From PVC group bacterium (GTDB lineage: Bacteria > Verrucomicrobiota > Kiritimatiellia > CAIKKV01), in assembly GCA_945898015.1 (NCBI GenBank), contig CAMDGM010000018.1, forward strand, positions 4,522 through 68,521: 64,000 nucleotides of DNA, given 5' to 3'. The notes under the pieces were generated by a model, which was given only the letters and a program-made list of their open reading frames with translations, was not told the origin of the DNA and did not search any database. A program made the position numbers and the translations under genes. The stretch's first letter is position 1; every line of letters starts with the position of its first letter. Shown here in pieces: positions 29,301 through 38,011 of the stretch.

Positions 29301-31744
29301 TGCGTCCGCAGTCTGGCGCCGGGAAAACGGCCGGCGGGGTCGTGGTCAGGGCTGTCGGCATGGCTTCGATGTGTGTTCGTCGACCGGAGGCGGACTATCA
29401 GGTGGCGTTGAGCGCGCCGGATCAGCTTCCCCCGTTGACAACGCTTGCGGTGGATGTGGAGGTGAAGGATGCCGTAGGGATGCCGGTGTCCTGCGAAGCG
29501 ACCGTGGCCGCGGTGGACGAGGGGATTCTTCGATTGACCGGATACACGACCCCGGAACCGCTCCGGTTTTTCGGGGAGCCCCGCAACCTGAATAGCTGGC
29601 TTCATGATGTCTATGCCCTGATTTTGCCGGATCCGGAGACCGGGTTGCTTTCGCCCCGTTTGCATACCGGTGGGGACGCGATGGGCGCCGAAATAGCCGG
29701 TCGGTTGAATCCGGTCCGGTCTCGCCGGTTTGTGCCGGTTGCCTTGTGGTCGGGCACGGTTCGGACCGGAGTCGATGGCCGCGCGCATGTATCGCTGCCG
29801 GTGCCGGAGTTCTCGGGTCTTTTGCGGATAACGGCCGTGGCGGTGGGGTCGAACGGATTTGGCAGCGCCGAGAAGGCGGTTCCGGTCCGGCGGGACTGGG
29901 TGGTGCAGTCGAGCCTGCCGCGAGCGGTGGCGCCCGGTGATCGTTTCAACCTGGAGTGCCTGGTGTTCAACGAGAGCGGAGCGACTGGCGAGGCGACGGT
30001 GGTTGTGACGGCAACGGGTGCGCTCGGAACGAAATCGAAGCAACCCGTTTCCCTCCGCATCCCCTTGTCACCCTCCTCTAACCGGCTCGTTTCCGTTCCG
30101 CTTATCGCTTTGGAAATGGGTTTGGGAGAGGTGAAGCTGGACATTCAGGCGGGCGATGAACGCTGGGGCGATCGAATGGAATTGCCGGTGCGGCCGCCCT
30201 GGCATCGGGTGATCGTGTCCGGAGAGGCCGCGTTGAAGCCGGGCGCCAGTGCGCGAATTAACATGCCCTTTCCCTGGTTGTCGACGTCTGGCAGCGGCCG
30301 GCTGATTTGTACGGGACAACCGGGCCTGGAAGGATTGGGCGCCTTGGATTTCCTGAACGATTATCCCTATGGATGCCTGGAGCAAACCATCTCCCGCGCT
30401 TATCCCTATCTGGTGGCCGAGGATTTGATTGTCGCCGCCGGACAGGGTTACCTGGAGCGCGGGAAAATTGCGGACCGGGTGGGGGCGGGGATCCGCCAGG
30501 TGCTGGCCCTGCAAACGTCGGGGGGTGGTTTTTCGCTTTGGCCCCGGCAAATGGACACCTATGACTGGGGCAGCGCCTATGCCGTGCTTTTCCTGGCGGA
30601 GGCCAAGGCTGCCGGATACACCGTCCCCCTGGAGTCGCTGGAACTCGGTTGCGCCTATCTTTCCCAGAAAATGAGCGGGTGGCTGAAGGAGCAGGATCTG
30701 CCTGACAGGGCGCCTTGTGCGGCCATGGCGCTTCAGGCGCTGGCGATGGCGGGGAAGCCGGATTCGGCCGCCCTCTCGCGTCTGGCTCAAGCGGAGCCGC
30801 GGTTGGATGTCGATACACGCGCACGACTGGTGATGGCTTTCCTGGCGGCCGGCCGGCGATCCGAAGCGGCGGTGATGTTGAGCACCCTGAGCGCGGCCGA
30901 GCCGTCCAGTTTCGCCCGGGAATCGGGCTCCTCGTTGCGGTCGTCCGTCCGCCATTCTGCGCTGATGTTGGATGCCTGGCTACAGGTTGATCCCGATTCG
31001 CCGGCTATTCCCCCGCTGGTAAAAGCACTGCTTCAATCCCGGCAGAATGGCCATTGGGAGACGACGCAGGAAAATGCCAGTGTCCTTCTGGCCTTGGGCC
31101 GTTATGCCAAGCAAATCAAGTCGGGCAGCAAGACCTGTCGAGGTTTGCTGATCGCTGAAAACGGGGACATCCAGCCGGTTAAAGCGGCCAATTCCTTGGT
31201 GTTCGGCGATCCCTCGAAGTTGCACAATCTTACGGTCGTCAACAACGGCGACTCGGTTCTGTATTATGCCTGGACAGCGTCCGGCATTCCGGCAGGTTCA
31301 TCGGCGCCGGAAGAGGACAAGGGGATTCGGATTCGCCGAACGGTCACGGCGGTCAATGGCCGCGCGCTTGCCAATAACTCCTTCAAGCAGGGCGATTTAG
31401 CCATCGTCAAGCTGACGATTGATGGTCTGGCGGACCCCGTCGACAACCTGGTGATCGAAGAGCTTCTCCCCGGCGGGCTGGAAATCGAAAACCCCAATCT
31501 GCAATCCTCTTATGCCACGATTATTCCTGATGGGGAGCTCCGGATACCCGTTTCCTATCAAACGGTGCGGGATGATCGCCTCGTTGTGTTTACCGGGCGG
31601 GTCGAAAATAATCGCAGTTTATTTTATCTCGTTCGCGCGGTCACGCCCGGGGAGTATGTCTGGCCGCCAGCCACGGTGGCCTGCATGTATGATCCGGCGA
31701 TTCGCAGCTTGAACGGAGCCGGAACGATTCGCGTTGAGCCCTAG
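26360..31744 (+). CDS. Alpha-2-macroglobulin family protein with thioester (YfhM/ECAM-like)
   Basis: 1794 aa. The N-terminal hydrophobic anchor has no lipobox Cys. MG-type beta-sandwich repeats are present. An intact thioester motif YPYGCLEQT is encoded (CLEQ at nt 30374-30385). pbpC follows. The start overlaps the rmuC stop as ATGA. Confidence 0.9.
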   Translation: MKTRPITVLFSGASLAVILGVLLAVVWSGVFFEKMMGNQVDLIRQSPRTGSWLRDRENLCWTFSDAMTLDSGSAAAPGTLILQPPVPGKAEWTHPNVLTFVPFEAWPEGQAIRAMLKLPASLAGRRFKSTDFVFYGSPPVIVSVARVGEDLVGRTLSLRVQLNRPLAEADFRRGFALTVPGGTVPYTIEENATNQHFLIRSARVTDTGVLAVFDVSPERGAPPLRVWEKSFPLVEPMEVVRTEIQEERDGFAIKTTFSQPPAGGWNAFLSSAPFTNLTVESGTGATVRIRGFQPASQYELLFKKGLPGRNGSVVTQDVRLGLCIPVLKTRLNFRDRGHYLSSAGSRKVVLESVNVASLKLEVWSVYANNFVDFARSGTLYQDVNEAWGWNAADPQGDLVTNRIIKVESGKNQVRTTIVDLSELVGGKDEGVFYLVAEGEGNEGRTAHKLVVLTDLGLSVIRHENEVLAWALSIRNGTPVDGVEISVFSTKNQLIGKALTDASGLARIEAFGMPALSVVTGVKESRLAMVKLDESRVQGPVDVSDRLFLKSGYEAFLYADRGIYRPGETAHVKAVVRGPQLACPAAFPVQLKIVRPDGALFARLTAILSVDGTAAFDLPFPVEALTGRYTLELEAGGVEQVAGSMSLQVEDFVPPTLAVSIQGPTNRVTLGRPISIAVEARHLFGSPDEGGRVSVRARLGPAPFRPASYPDYSFGDPRKPETWRTLELGEKRLDASGLARFEVTLPSDLNPASALSCTLAATVFEDSGRACPATAAFPVDPRSYYIGLKPAQSDWKSGESIRMQVVAVQPDGSPHPAGDLTYSFSRITWNWREEVDSGGHSQFRSDRMAESVRDGVVSPSNGLAEIVWENAQEGEYEFRVAEATGDVSAALGFYVSDESGWCGNGARQPDRVSLKFDRDGYRAGDEAVVTLQSPFPGQVLLTLENDRIRSSQAFQMTGTTWAVRLPVKADYWPNLYVRAVVVRPQSGAGKTAGGVVVRAVGMASMCVRRPEADYQVALSAPDQLPPLTTLAVDVEVKDAVGMPVSCEATVAAVDEGILRLTGYTTPEPLRFFGEPRNLNSWLHDVYALILPDPETGLLSPRLHTGGDAMGAEIAGRLNPVRSRRFVPVALWSGTVRTGVDGRAHVSLPVPEFSGLLRITAVAVGSNGFGSAEKAVPVRRDWVVQSSLPRAVAPGDRFNLECLVFNESGATGEATVVVTATGALGTKSKQPVSLRIPLSPSSNRLVSVPLIALEMGLGEVKLDIQAGDERWGDRMELPVRPPWHRVIVSGEAALKPGASARINMPFPWLSTSGSGRLICTGQPGLEGLGALDFLNDYPYGCLEQTISRAYPYLVAEDLIVAAGQGYLERGKIADRVGAGIRQVLALQTSGGGFSLWPRQMDTYDWGSAYAVLFLAEAKAAGYTVPLESLELGCAYLSQKMSGWLKEQDLPDRAPCAAMALQALAMAGKPDSAALSRLAQAEPRLDVDTRARLVMAFLAAGRRSEAAVMLSTLSAAEPSSFARESGSSLRSSVRHSALMLDAWLQVDPDSPAIPPLVKALLQSRQNGHWETTQENASVLLALGRYAKQIKSGSKTCRGLLIAENGDIQPVKAANSLVFGDPSKLHNLTVVNNGDSVLYYAWTASGIPAGSSAPEEDKGIRIRRTVTAVNGRALANNSFKQGDLAIVKLTIDGLADPVDNLVIEELLPGGLEIENPNLQSSYATIIPDGELRIPVSYQTVRDDRLVVFTGRVENNRSLFYLVRAVTPGEYVWPPATVACMYDPAIRSLNGAGTIRVEP

Positions 31745-31759
31745 CCGTGGAGTCGGCCC

Positions 31760-34102
31760 ATGATCCGGTTCGTTATTTCAGTCCGGACCGCCTGCTGGAC
31801 GAAGCGATGCCTGACGGTTATGGCGGGTTTAATCGCTATCGGATGGGTGGGCTGGTATGCCGCCCTTCTGGTGGCGCCTTTTCCGGACGACCTTTACCGG
31901 GGTCATTTGTCCGCGCTCCGTATTACGGATCGTGAGGGAAAGCTGTTGAGGATCGTCCGGGCTTCAAATGATAACATCGTTTTTCCGGGAGCCGTGGCTT
32001 CCGGCGGATGGAGTCGGCTGGGACAGGCGGCGATCGCCGCCGAGGATAAGCGCTTTTACCGGCATGACGGGGTGGATGGATGGGCCGTGGCGCGTGCGGT
32101 TTTTCAGAATCTGATTCGGCGTCGAATCCATTCCGGCGCCTCCACCATCAGCACGCAGGTGGTTCGATTGCGTGAATCCGTCGGGCCTCGCGGTGTGGCG
32201 GTGAAGTTGAAAGAGGCATTTCGAGCCATGCAGCTCGAAAGGCGTTTTTCAAAAGAGGAGGTTTTGTCGCTCTATCTGGATCAGGCGCCGTTTGGCGGGA
32301 ATCTTCAAGGAGCGCGTGCGGCCAGCTTGGCGTATTTTGATCGTGAACCCACGGACCTATCCTTAACCGAGGCGGCCTTGCTGGCCGGGCTTCCTAATGC
32401 GCCTTCCAGCCTGCGACCGGACCGGCATCCGGAGCGAGCGCGTAACCGACGCGACACCGTACTTCGTCGTATGTATGCCTGCGGCTTTATCAGGAAGGCG
32501 GAATGGGCCGCGGCAGTAGAAGAACCTGTGCAATGTCGGCCCGGAGGCCGGTCTTTCGAGGCTCCCCATTTTTGCGATCTACTTGTCCGCCAACTTCCGA
32601 CTGGCGGAGAATGGTGCTCCACGCTGGATCCTCGGATACAGGCTCTGGCCGAAGACGGATTGCGCGGTCATGCCGAACGCTGGAGGAAGCGTCACGTGTG
32701 GGGTGGCGCCGTGGTGGTATTGGAAACAGCGACAGGTGCCGTTCGGGCGTTTGTCGGGTCGCCGGACTATTCGGACCGCATTCATGCGGGGCAGGTCAAT
32801 GGAGCCGCCGCGCTTCGATCCCCGGGTTCGGCCCTTAAGCCGTTCTTGTACATGGCGGCGTTTGATCAGGGCTTGGCCACTCCTGAGACAACGGTTCCGG
32901 ATGTGCCGCTGGCGTTCGGAGGGTATCGGCCGGTCAATTTTGATGGCGCCTGGCGCGGCATGGTCTCCTGTCGCCAGGCATTGGATCAGTCGCTGAATAT
33001 TCCGGCGATGTGGCTTTGTCGGAGAGTCGGCATTCCCGGGGTTTTGGAGGTTTTGGCTAACGCGGGATTGACGATTCAGGAGACAGGCCAGCCCTCGCCC
33101 GGCCTTGGCCTGATCATTGGGGATTGCCGGGTCAAGTTGCTGGATTTGGCGAATGCCTATGCGGCGCTGGCCCGCCAAGGGGTTTGGAAGCCGGTGCGAC
33201 TGCTTGAGTCGGCGCCCGTTGACCGTGGCCGGAGAATCGCGTCTCCCGAAGCCTGTTTCCTGGTTGCGGACATTTTGAGTCAGGATAGCCGGCAGATGGC
33301 GTTTTTTGGAAATTGCGGCGAGGTTGTTTTGCCGAAGGTGGCGTGGAAGACCGGCACCTCGTCGGGGTTCCGGGATGCCTGGTGTGTGGCCTGGAATCCC
33401 GATTTCGTCGTGGCGGTGTGGATCGGCAACCCCGATGGAGGTGGAGTCCAAGGATTGACCGGTCAGGCGGCGGCCGTGCCGGTGGCGGCAGCGTTGTTCA
33501 GGAGGCTGGTTCCCGATGGCACGGGCCATGGGTTCGGAACGCCGCCAGGCTTGGTCCAGCGGAGGGTTTGCGCGTCTAGCGGAAAGCCGGAAAACCCGTT
33601 TTGTCCGGTCATGATCACGGGATGGTCGATCGCGGGGGTCTCGGATCCCGCTTTTTGCGACGTTCACCGGCGGCTGCCCTTTTTCCGTACAACCGGTCAG
33701 TCGTTACCGCTGGAGAAAGCGTCCATGGATGGGGTGGAGTGGCGTGTGATCGAAGTGTGGCCGGAGGAGGTGCAGGATTGGCTGCGGCGCACCCAGGCGC
33801 CGAAGGCCGGGGCGTCCGGGACGAGGGTGGATGGATCCTTGCGGATACGGGAGCCCGTTGCGGGACGGCTCTACCGGCGCGTGGAAGGGCTTTCCGGCCG
33901 GTCGGAGGAGGAGGGCTTGACGTTGCGGGCCACCGGGGATGGTGAAGCGGGCGAACTCTATTGGTTCGTGAATGGCGTGTTTTTCAAGTCGATTCTGGCG
34001 AATCACGATGGGTTGTTGCCGTGGCCCGCGTCGGGGACATTATCCATCCGTTGCGCCGATGCCCGGGGGTTGAGCGATGCGATTGAGATCCAGGTTGAAT
34101 AA
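31760..34102 (+). CDS. pbpC: Penicillin-binding protein 1C (bifunctional transglycosylase/transpeptidase)
   Basis: GT51 motifs are AAIAAEDKRFYRHDGVD and GASTISTQVVR. The transpeptidase SxxK motif is PGSALKPF. A C-terminal PbpC-type domain is present. It shows the classic pairing with an alpha-2-macroglobulin gene. Confidence 0.9.
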   Translation: MIRFVISVRTACWTKRCLTVMAGLIAIGWVGWYAALLVAPFPDDLYRGHLSALRITDREGKLLRIVRASNDNIVFPGAVASGGWSRLGQAAIAAEDKRFYRHDGVDGWAVARAVFQNLIRRRIHSGASTISTQVVRLRESVGPRGVAVKLKEAFRAMQLERRFSKEEVLSLYLDQAPFGGNLQGARAASLAYFDREPTDLSLTEAALLAGLPNAPSSLRPDRHPERARNRRDTVLRRMYACGFIRKAEWAAAVEEPVQCRPGGRSFEAPHFCDLLVRQLPTGGEWCSTLDPRIQALAEDGLRGHAERWRKRHVWGGAVVVLETATGAVRAFVGSPDYSDRIHAGQVNGAAALRSPGSALKPFLYMAAFDQGLATPETTVPDVPLAFGGYRPVNFDGAWRGMVSCRQALDQSLNIPAMWLCRRVGIPGVLEVLANAGLTIQETGQPSPGLGLIIGDCRVKLLDLANAYAALARQGVWKPVRLLESAPVDRGRRIASPEACFLVADILSQDSRQMAFFGNCGEVVLPKVAWKTGTSSGFRDAWCVAWNPDFVVAVWIGNPDGGGVQGLTGQAAAVPVAAALFRRLVPDGTGHGFGTPPGLVQRRVCASSGKPENPFCPVMITGWSIAGVSDPAFCDVHRRLPFFRTTGQSLPLEKASMDGVEWRVIEVWPEEVQDWLRRTQAPKAGASGTRVDGSLRIREPVAGRLYRRVEGLSGRSEEEGLTLRATGDGEAGELYWFVNGVFFKSILANHDGLLPWPASGTLSIRCADARGLSDAIEIQVE

Positions 34103-34120
34103 TCGCGGAAGAACGCCTGT

Positions 34121-34158
34121 TTAAAAGATAAGGCCGGCATCATGACGATGCCGGCCTT
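34121..34158 (-). terminator. Hairpin terminator between convergent pbpC and pckG
   Basis: AAGGCCGGCATC (34130-34141), loop ATGAC, GATGCCGGCCTT (34147-34158): a perfect 12-bp stem. On the minus strand it is followed by ATCTTTTAAAC. It may act bidirectionally, but the plus-strand tail is not T-rich. Confidence 0.6.
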
Positions 34159-34184
34159 AATCAGGGTCGAATCAATCGGGCGGT

Positions 34185-36014
34185 TCAGGCCTTGGCAAGC
34201 CGGGCCTTGAGCGCCGCGAGTTCAGCCCGCAGGGCGTAAGGCAGCTTGGAGCCGTAGGTGGTGTAGGACTCCTCGACGCTGGCCAGTTCCTTCATCCAGC
34301 CGTCGATATCCACCTTGAGCAGCTCCTTCATGTCCTCTGCCGTTACCTTCGTGCCGGTCAGGTCAATGGCGTCCGGTGTCGGCAGAATGCCGATCGGGGT
34401 TTCAACCGACTTGGCGGTTCCTTCGATACGCTCGCAAATCCACTTGAGCACGCGGCTGTTCTCGCCGTAGCCCGGCCAGAGCCACTTGCCTTCGGGCGTC
34501 TTGCGGAACCAGTTCACGAAAAACACCTTGGGCAGTTTTTCGGGATTTGTACGCAGGCCCATCGTGAGCCAGTGGAGGAGGTAGTCGCCCATGTGATACC
34601 CGCAGAACGGAAGCATGGCGAAGGGGTCGCGGCGTAACACGCCCGCCTTGCCGAGCGCGGCGGCGGTGGTTTCGGAGCCCGCGGCCGAGCCCATGAACAC
34701 GCCGTGGTTCCAGGAGAAAGCCTGGTTGACCAGCGGAATCGTGCTCGGCCGGCGGCCGCCGAACAGGAAGGCGGAAATCGGCACGCCCTTGGGATCTTCC
34801 CACTCGGAGGCGATCACCGGGCATTGGCCGGCCGGCGCGGTGAAGCGGGCGTTCGGGTGGGCGGCCTTGACCGCCTTGCCCTCGGCGTCCTTCAGGTCCG
34901 GCGTCCAGTCCTTGCCCTTCCAGTCGATCGCGTGGGCCGGGGCGGCGACGCCCATCTCTTCCCACCAGATGTCGCCATCGTCGGTCAGCGCCACGTTGGT
35001 GAAGATGGTGTTCTTGGCGCAGGTCAGCAGCGCATTCGGGTTGCTGGCCATGGAGGTGCCCGGGGCGACGCCAAAGAACCCGAATTCCGGGTTGACGGCA
35101 TAGAGGCGGCCGTCTTCGCCGATCCGCATCCAGGCAATATCGTCGCCGACGGTTTCAACCTTCCAGCCGGGCAGGGAGGGCTGCATCATGGCCAGATTGG
35201 TTTTCCCGCAGGCGCTCGGGAACGCGGCGGCCACAAAGTGGACCTTGGCTTCGGGCGAGGTAAGCTTGAGGATGAGCATGTGCTCGGCCATCCAGCCTTC
35301 CTTGCGGGCCAGGACGGAGGCGATTCGCAGGGCCAGGCATTTCTTGCCCAGCAAGGCGTTTCCGCCGTACCCGGAGCCGTAGGACCAGATGGCGCCGTCG
35401 TCCGGGAAATGGGCGATGTATTTTTTGTTGGGGTCCGGCTCGCAGGGCCAGGGCGCATCTTTTTCGCCCTTCTTGAGCGGTGCGCCCACCGAGTGGAGGC
35501 ACGGGACGAAATCGCCGTGTTCGCCCAGCGCGTCGAGCACCTTCTTGCCCATGCGGGTCATGATGCGCATGTTGACGACGACGTAAGGGGAGTCGGTCAG
35601 TTCGATGCCGATTTTGGCGACCGGCGAACCCAGCGGGCCCATGGAGAAGGGGATGACGTATAGCGTCCGACCCTTCATGCATCCTTTGTAGCGGGCCCAC
35701 AGCTCAACCTTCATCAGTTCTGGATCTGCCCAGTTATTGGTTGGGCCGGCATCGTCCTGTTTCCGGGAGCAGATGAAGGTGCGGTCCTCCACGCGGGCGA
35801 CGTCGGAGGCGTGGGAACGCGCGAGGTAGCAGCCGGGCCGTTTTTTGGCATTCAGCTTGATGAAGGTGCCGCCGGCGACCATCATTTTGCAGAGGGCATC
35901 CGATTCCTTCTGCGTGCCATCGCACCAGACCACCGAATCGGCCTTGGTGTGTTTGGCAACCTGGTTCACCCAGGCGGTTAGTTTTGCGTTCTTGGTCGGG
36001 GCTTTCGGTGCCAT
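34185..36014 (-). CDS. pckG: Phosphoenolpyruvate carboxykinase (GTP)
   Basis: GTP-PEPCK signature [13 protein letters not shown], plus WMAEHMLIL and GVAPGTS. I prefer the start at [12 protein letters not shown] (ATG 36014, AGGAGAAACC upstream) over the ORF-track start at 36056. Confidence 0.95.
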   Translation of the reverse strand: MAPKAPTKNAKLTAWVNQVAKHTKADSVVWCDGTQKESDALCKMMVAGGTFIKLNAKKRPGCYLARSHASDVARVEDRTFICSRKQDDAGPTNNWADPELMKVELWARYKGCMKGRTLYVIPFSMGPLGSPVAKIGIELTDSPYVVVNMRIMTRMGKKVLDALGEHGDFVPCLHSVGAPLKKGEKDAPWPCEPDPNKKYIAHFPDDGAIWSYGSGYGGNALLGKKCLALRIASVLARKEGWMAEHMLILKLTSPEAKVHFVAAAFPSACGKTNLAMMQPSLPGWKVETVGDDIAWMRIGEDGRLYAVNPEFGFFGVAPGTSMASNPNALLTCAKNTIFTNVALTDDGDIWWEEMGVAAPAHAIDWKGKDWTPDLKDAEGKAVKAAHPNARFTAPAGQCPVIASEWEDPKGVPISAFLFGGRRPSTIPLVNQAFSWNHGVFMGSAAGSETTAAALGKAGVLRRDPFAMLPFCGYHMGDYLLHWLTMGLRTNPEKLPKVFFVNWFRKTPEGKWLWPGYGENSRVLKWICERIEGTAKSVETPIGILPTPDAIDLTGTKVTAEDMKELLKVDIDGWMKELASVEESYTTYGSKLPYALRAELAALKARLAKA

Positions 36015-36571
36015 GGTTTCTCCTGCCTTTAATAGATGAAGACTGTATACGGTCAACGTTGGAGCCGTGTAGCCTAGCGTCGGAATCGGGAATATGCAAG
36101 CTTAAAGAAGCATGTTGAAGAAGCACTGAAGAAGCATCATGGGCGCCTCTCTGAGTTTTGTCATTTTCCGGTTGTTTTGTCGGTTGAGCTGGGAGTGCCG
36201 TTTCGGGCGCCCCTTGCCGGCTGCTTTTGGGCGTATCCGGTTTCCGGCTGGATGCGCCGGGCCTATAGGCCACGTCGCATCGCCGTCAACCGCCTACGCC
36301 TCAAAATCAACTCGGCCAGGTCCGCCTGATCGAAACGGCACCCCCCTAGCCATCGCGCGCCCCGGCCATCTGCCGATGTGCCTCGGGCGGCGCGCGAGCT
36401 GGTTCCCCAAGAACAGCCCGTTAAATGTCCTGCTGTTTTCCGAACGGGCTTCCTTATGGAAGCCGTAGTCGCGCGCCGCCCGAGCTGATCGACAGATCGC
36501 GGGCGCGCGAGGCGTTCCGAGGGCGGCGTTTCGATCTGCCGCGGGATGGTGATGCGATTTTGCGATGATCC

Positions 36572-36730
36572 GGGGCGACGGCGAGGGAACGTGGAATAGT
36601 GGTCCCGGTCCCTCTAGCCGGAGCCCCGTAGCGCGCAAAAGCGCCAGCCAGGGGACGCCCGAAACAGCGCAACCCGCAGAAGCAGCCCGACTCCCCATTG
36701 TCTGAATCACAGTTGACTAGGAAAGGAGGT
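36572..36730 (-). repeat. Dispersed repeat, copy B (upstream of pckG, same orientation as pckG)
   Basis: The reverse complement aligns with 22615-22775 (see copy A). Weaker similarity continues for roughly another 150 nt toward pckG. Confidence 0.85.
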
Positions 36731-36796
36731 GGACAGACAGCGGCGTTTGGCTTAATTTAAGTCAAATCCTGTCTGAGGGTTGGGGGGAAGCTCGGC

Positions 36797-38011
36797 ATGC
36801 GCGTCTGTTTCATGGCAAACAACAATATCGGCGATGGGCTTTCCGGAGGCGATCGGATTTTTACTGAGTTTCTCAAGCGCTGGCGCGAGCGGGTTGAGTT
36901 GACTTTGGTGGGCTCGGAAGAGGCGGTGGAACTGGTTCGGAAACGGGTGGGGGATGGCGTTCGCCTGATTCAGTCGGACGTGAAGTCCACGGCCAGGGAG
37001 TCCAGTTTGCCGGCTCTTTTCGGGCATATTGTCAGGCGGGTTGCTTGCGGGTTTCGCGCGGTGCGGAAGCATATGGATGAGCTCCGGTCCTGCGATTGTG
37101 TGTATTCGGTTTCCGATTTTTATCCTGATTTTTTGCCGGCGCTGTGGCTCAAGCTCCGGTTCCCGTCGATCACCTGGGTGGCCGGTTATTATCTGTTTGC
37201 GCCGCCCCCCTGGGCTCCGGATACGCCCTATAAAAGGCGGCACTTCCTGCGAGGCTTGTTGTATTGGCTGATGCAACGCCCATCGTATTGGCTGGTCAAG
37301 CGATATGCGGATGTGGTCTTTGTGACGAGCGAACCGGATGTGCCGTGGTTTGTGACCCGGCGTCGGAGCGTTGACCGGGTGATTGTGGTTCAGGGGGGTG
37401 TTGACATTGCGGCATCGGAAGCCTATTTGACGTCCGGACAGGTTGTTCCGGTGGCGCAACGGCGGTATGATGCGTGTTTTGTCGGCCGATTCCATTTCCA
37501 GAAAGGGGTGCTGATTTTGCCTGGAATTTGGAAAAAGGTGTGCGAAAAACGCCCGACGGCCCGATTGGCGATGATTGGCATTGGACAGCTTGAGCCGGAT
37601 ATTCGGCGAAAAGTCGCCGACTTGGGGTTGGGCGGCAATATTGATTTTCTCGGTTTCCAAGATGGAACGGAGAAATTCGAGATCTTCAAGCAGTCCAAAC
37701 TCATGCTGCATCCGGCCACGTACGACAGCGGAGGCATGGCAGCCGCCGAAGGCTTGGCGTGGGGTTTGCCGGGGGTGTCGTTCGATCTTGAGGCGCTCAA
37801 AACCTATTATCCCCAGGGGATGGTGAAAGCCCCGTGTTTCGATGAACAGGCGTTTGCCGAGGCTATACTTCGTTTGCTTGACGACGAATCTTTTTACAGG
37901 GAGCAGGCCGCTGCGGCGCATGCGTTGATTGTCGACGTCTGGGATTGGCGTAAACGGGCGGAGACTATCTTCAATCGACTGGCATTGAAGCCGAATGAAG
38001 GTGCGGCATGA
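36797..38011 (+). CDS. Glycosyltransferase family 4 (GT-B fold)
   Basis: 404 aa. The C-terminal half carries the GT4 pattern FVGRFHFQKG...LHPATYDSGGMAAAEGLAWGLPGV (E-x7-E-like). Confidence 0.8.
   Translation: MRVCFMANNNIGDGLSGGDRIFTEFLKRWRERVELTLVGSEEAVELVRKRVGDGVRLIQSDVKSTARESSLPALFGHIVRRVACGFRAVRKHMDELRSCDCVYSVSDFYPDFLPALWLKLRFPSITWVAGYYLFAPPPWAPDTPYKRRHFLRGLLYWLMQRPSYWLVKRYADVVFVTSEPDVPWFVTRRRSVDRVIVVQGGVDIAASEAYLTSGQVVPVAQRRYDACFVGRFHFQKGVLILPGIWKKVCEKRPTARLAMIGIGQLEPDIRRKVADLGLGGNIDFLGFQDGTEKFEIFKQSKLMLHPATYDSGGMAAAEGLAWGLPGVSFDLEALKTYYPQGMVKAPCFDEQAFAEAILRLLDDESFYREQAAAAHALIVDVWDWRKRAETIFNRLALKPNEGAA

Noticed and set aside
32579-33667. 362-aa ORF antisense to pbpC. Similar long antisense ORFs occur at 26210..26947, 27626..28402, 29249..30043 and 30068..30955, opposite the A2M gene.
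   Set aside because: All lie inside strongly supported plus-strand genes and have a shadow-ORF composition.
34704-35663. 319-aa ORF antisense to pckG. Others are 11168..12034 (antisense to recD2), 14114..15106 (antisense to the kinase) and 20399..21118 (antisense to recN).
   Set aside because: They lie opposite genes with diagnostic motifs. They are Gly/Arg/Asp-rich and have no start-site support.
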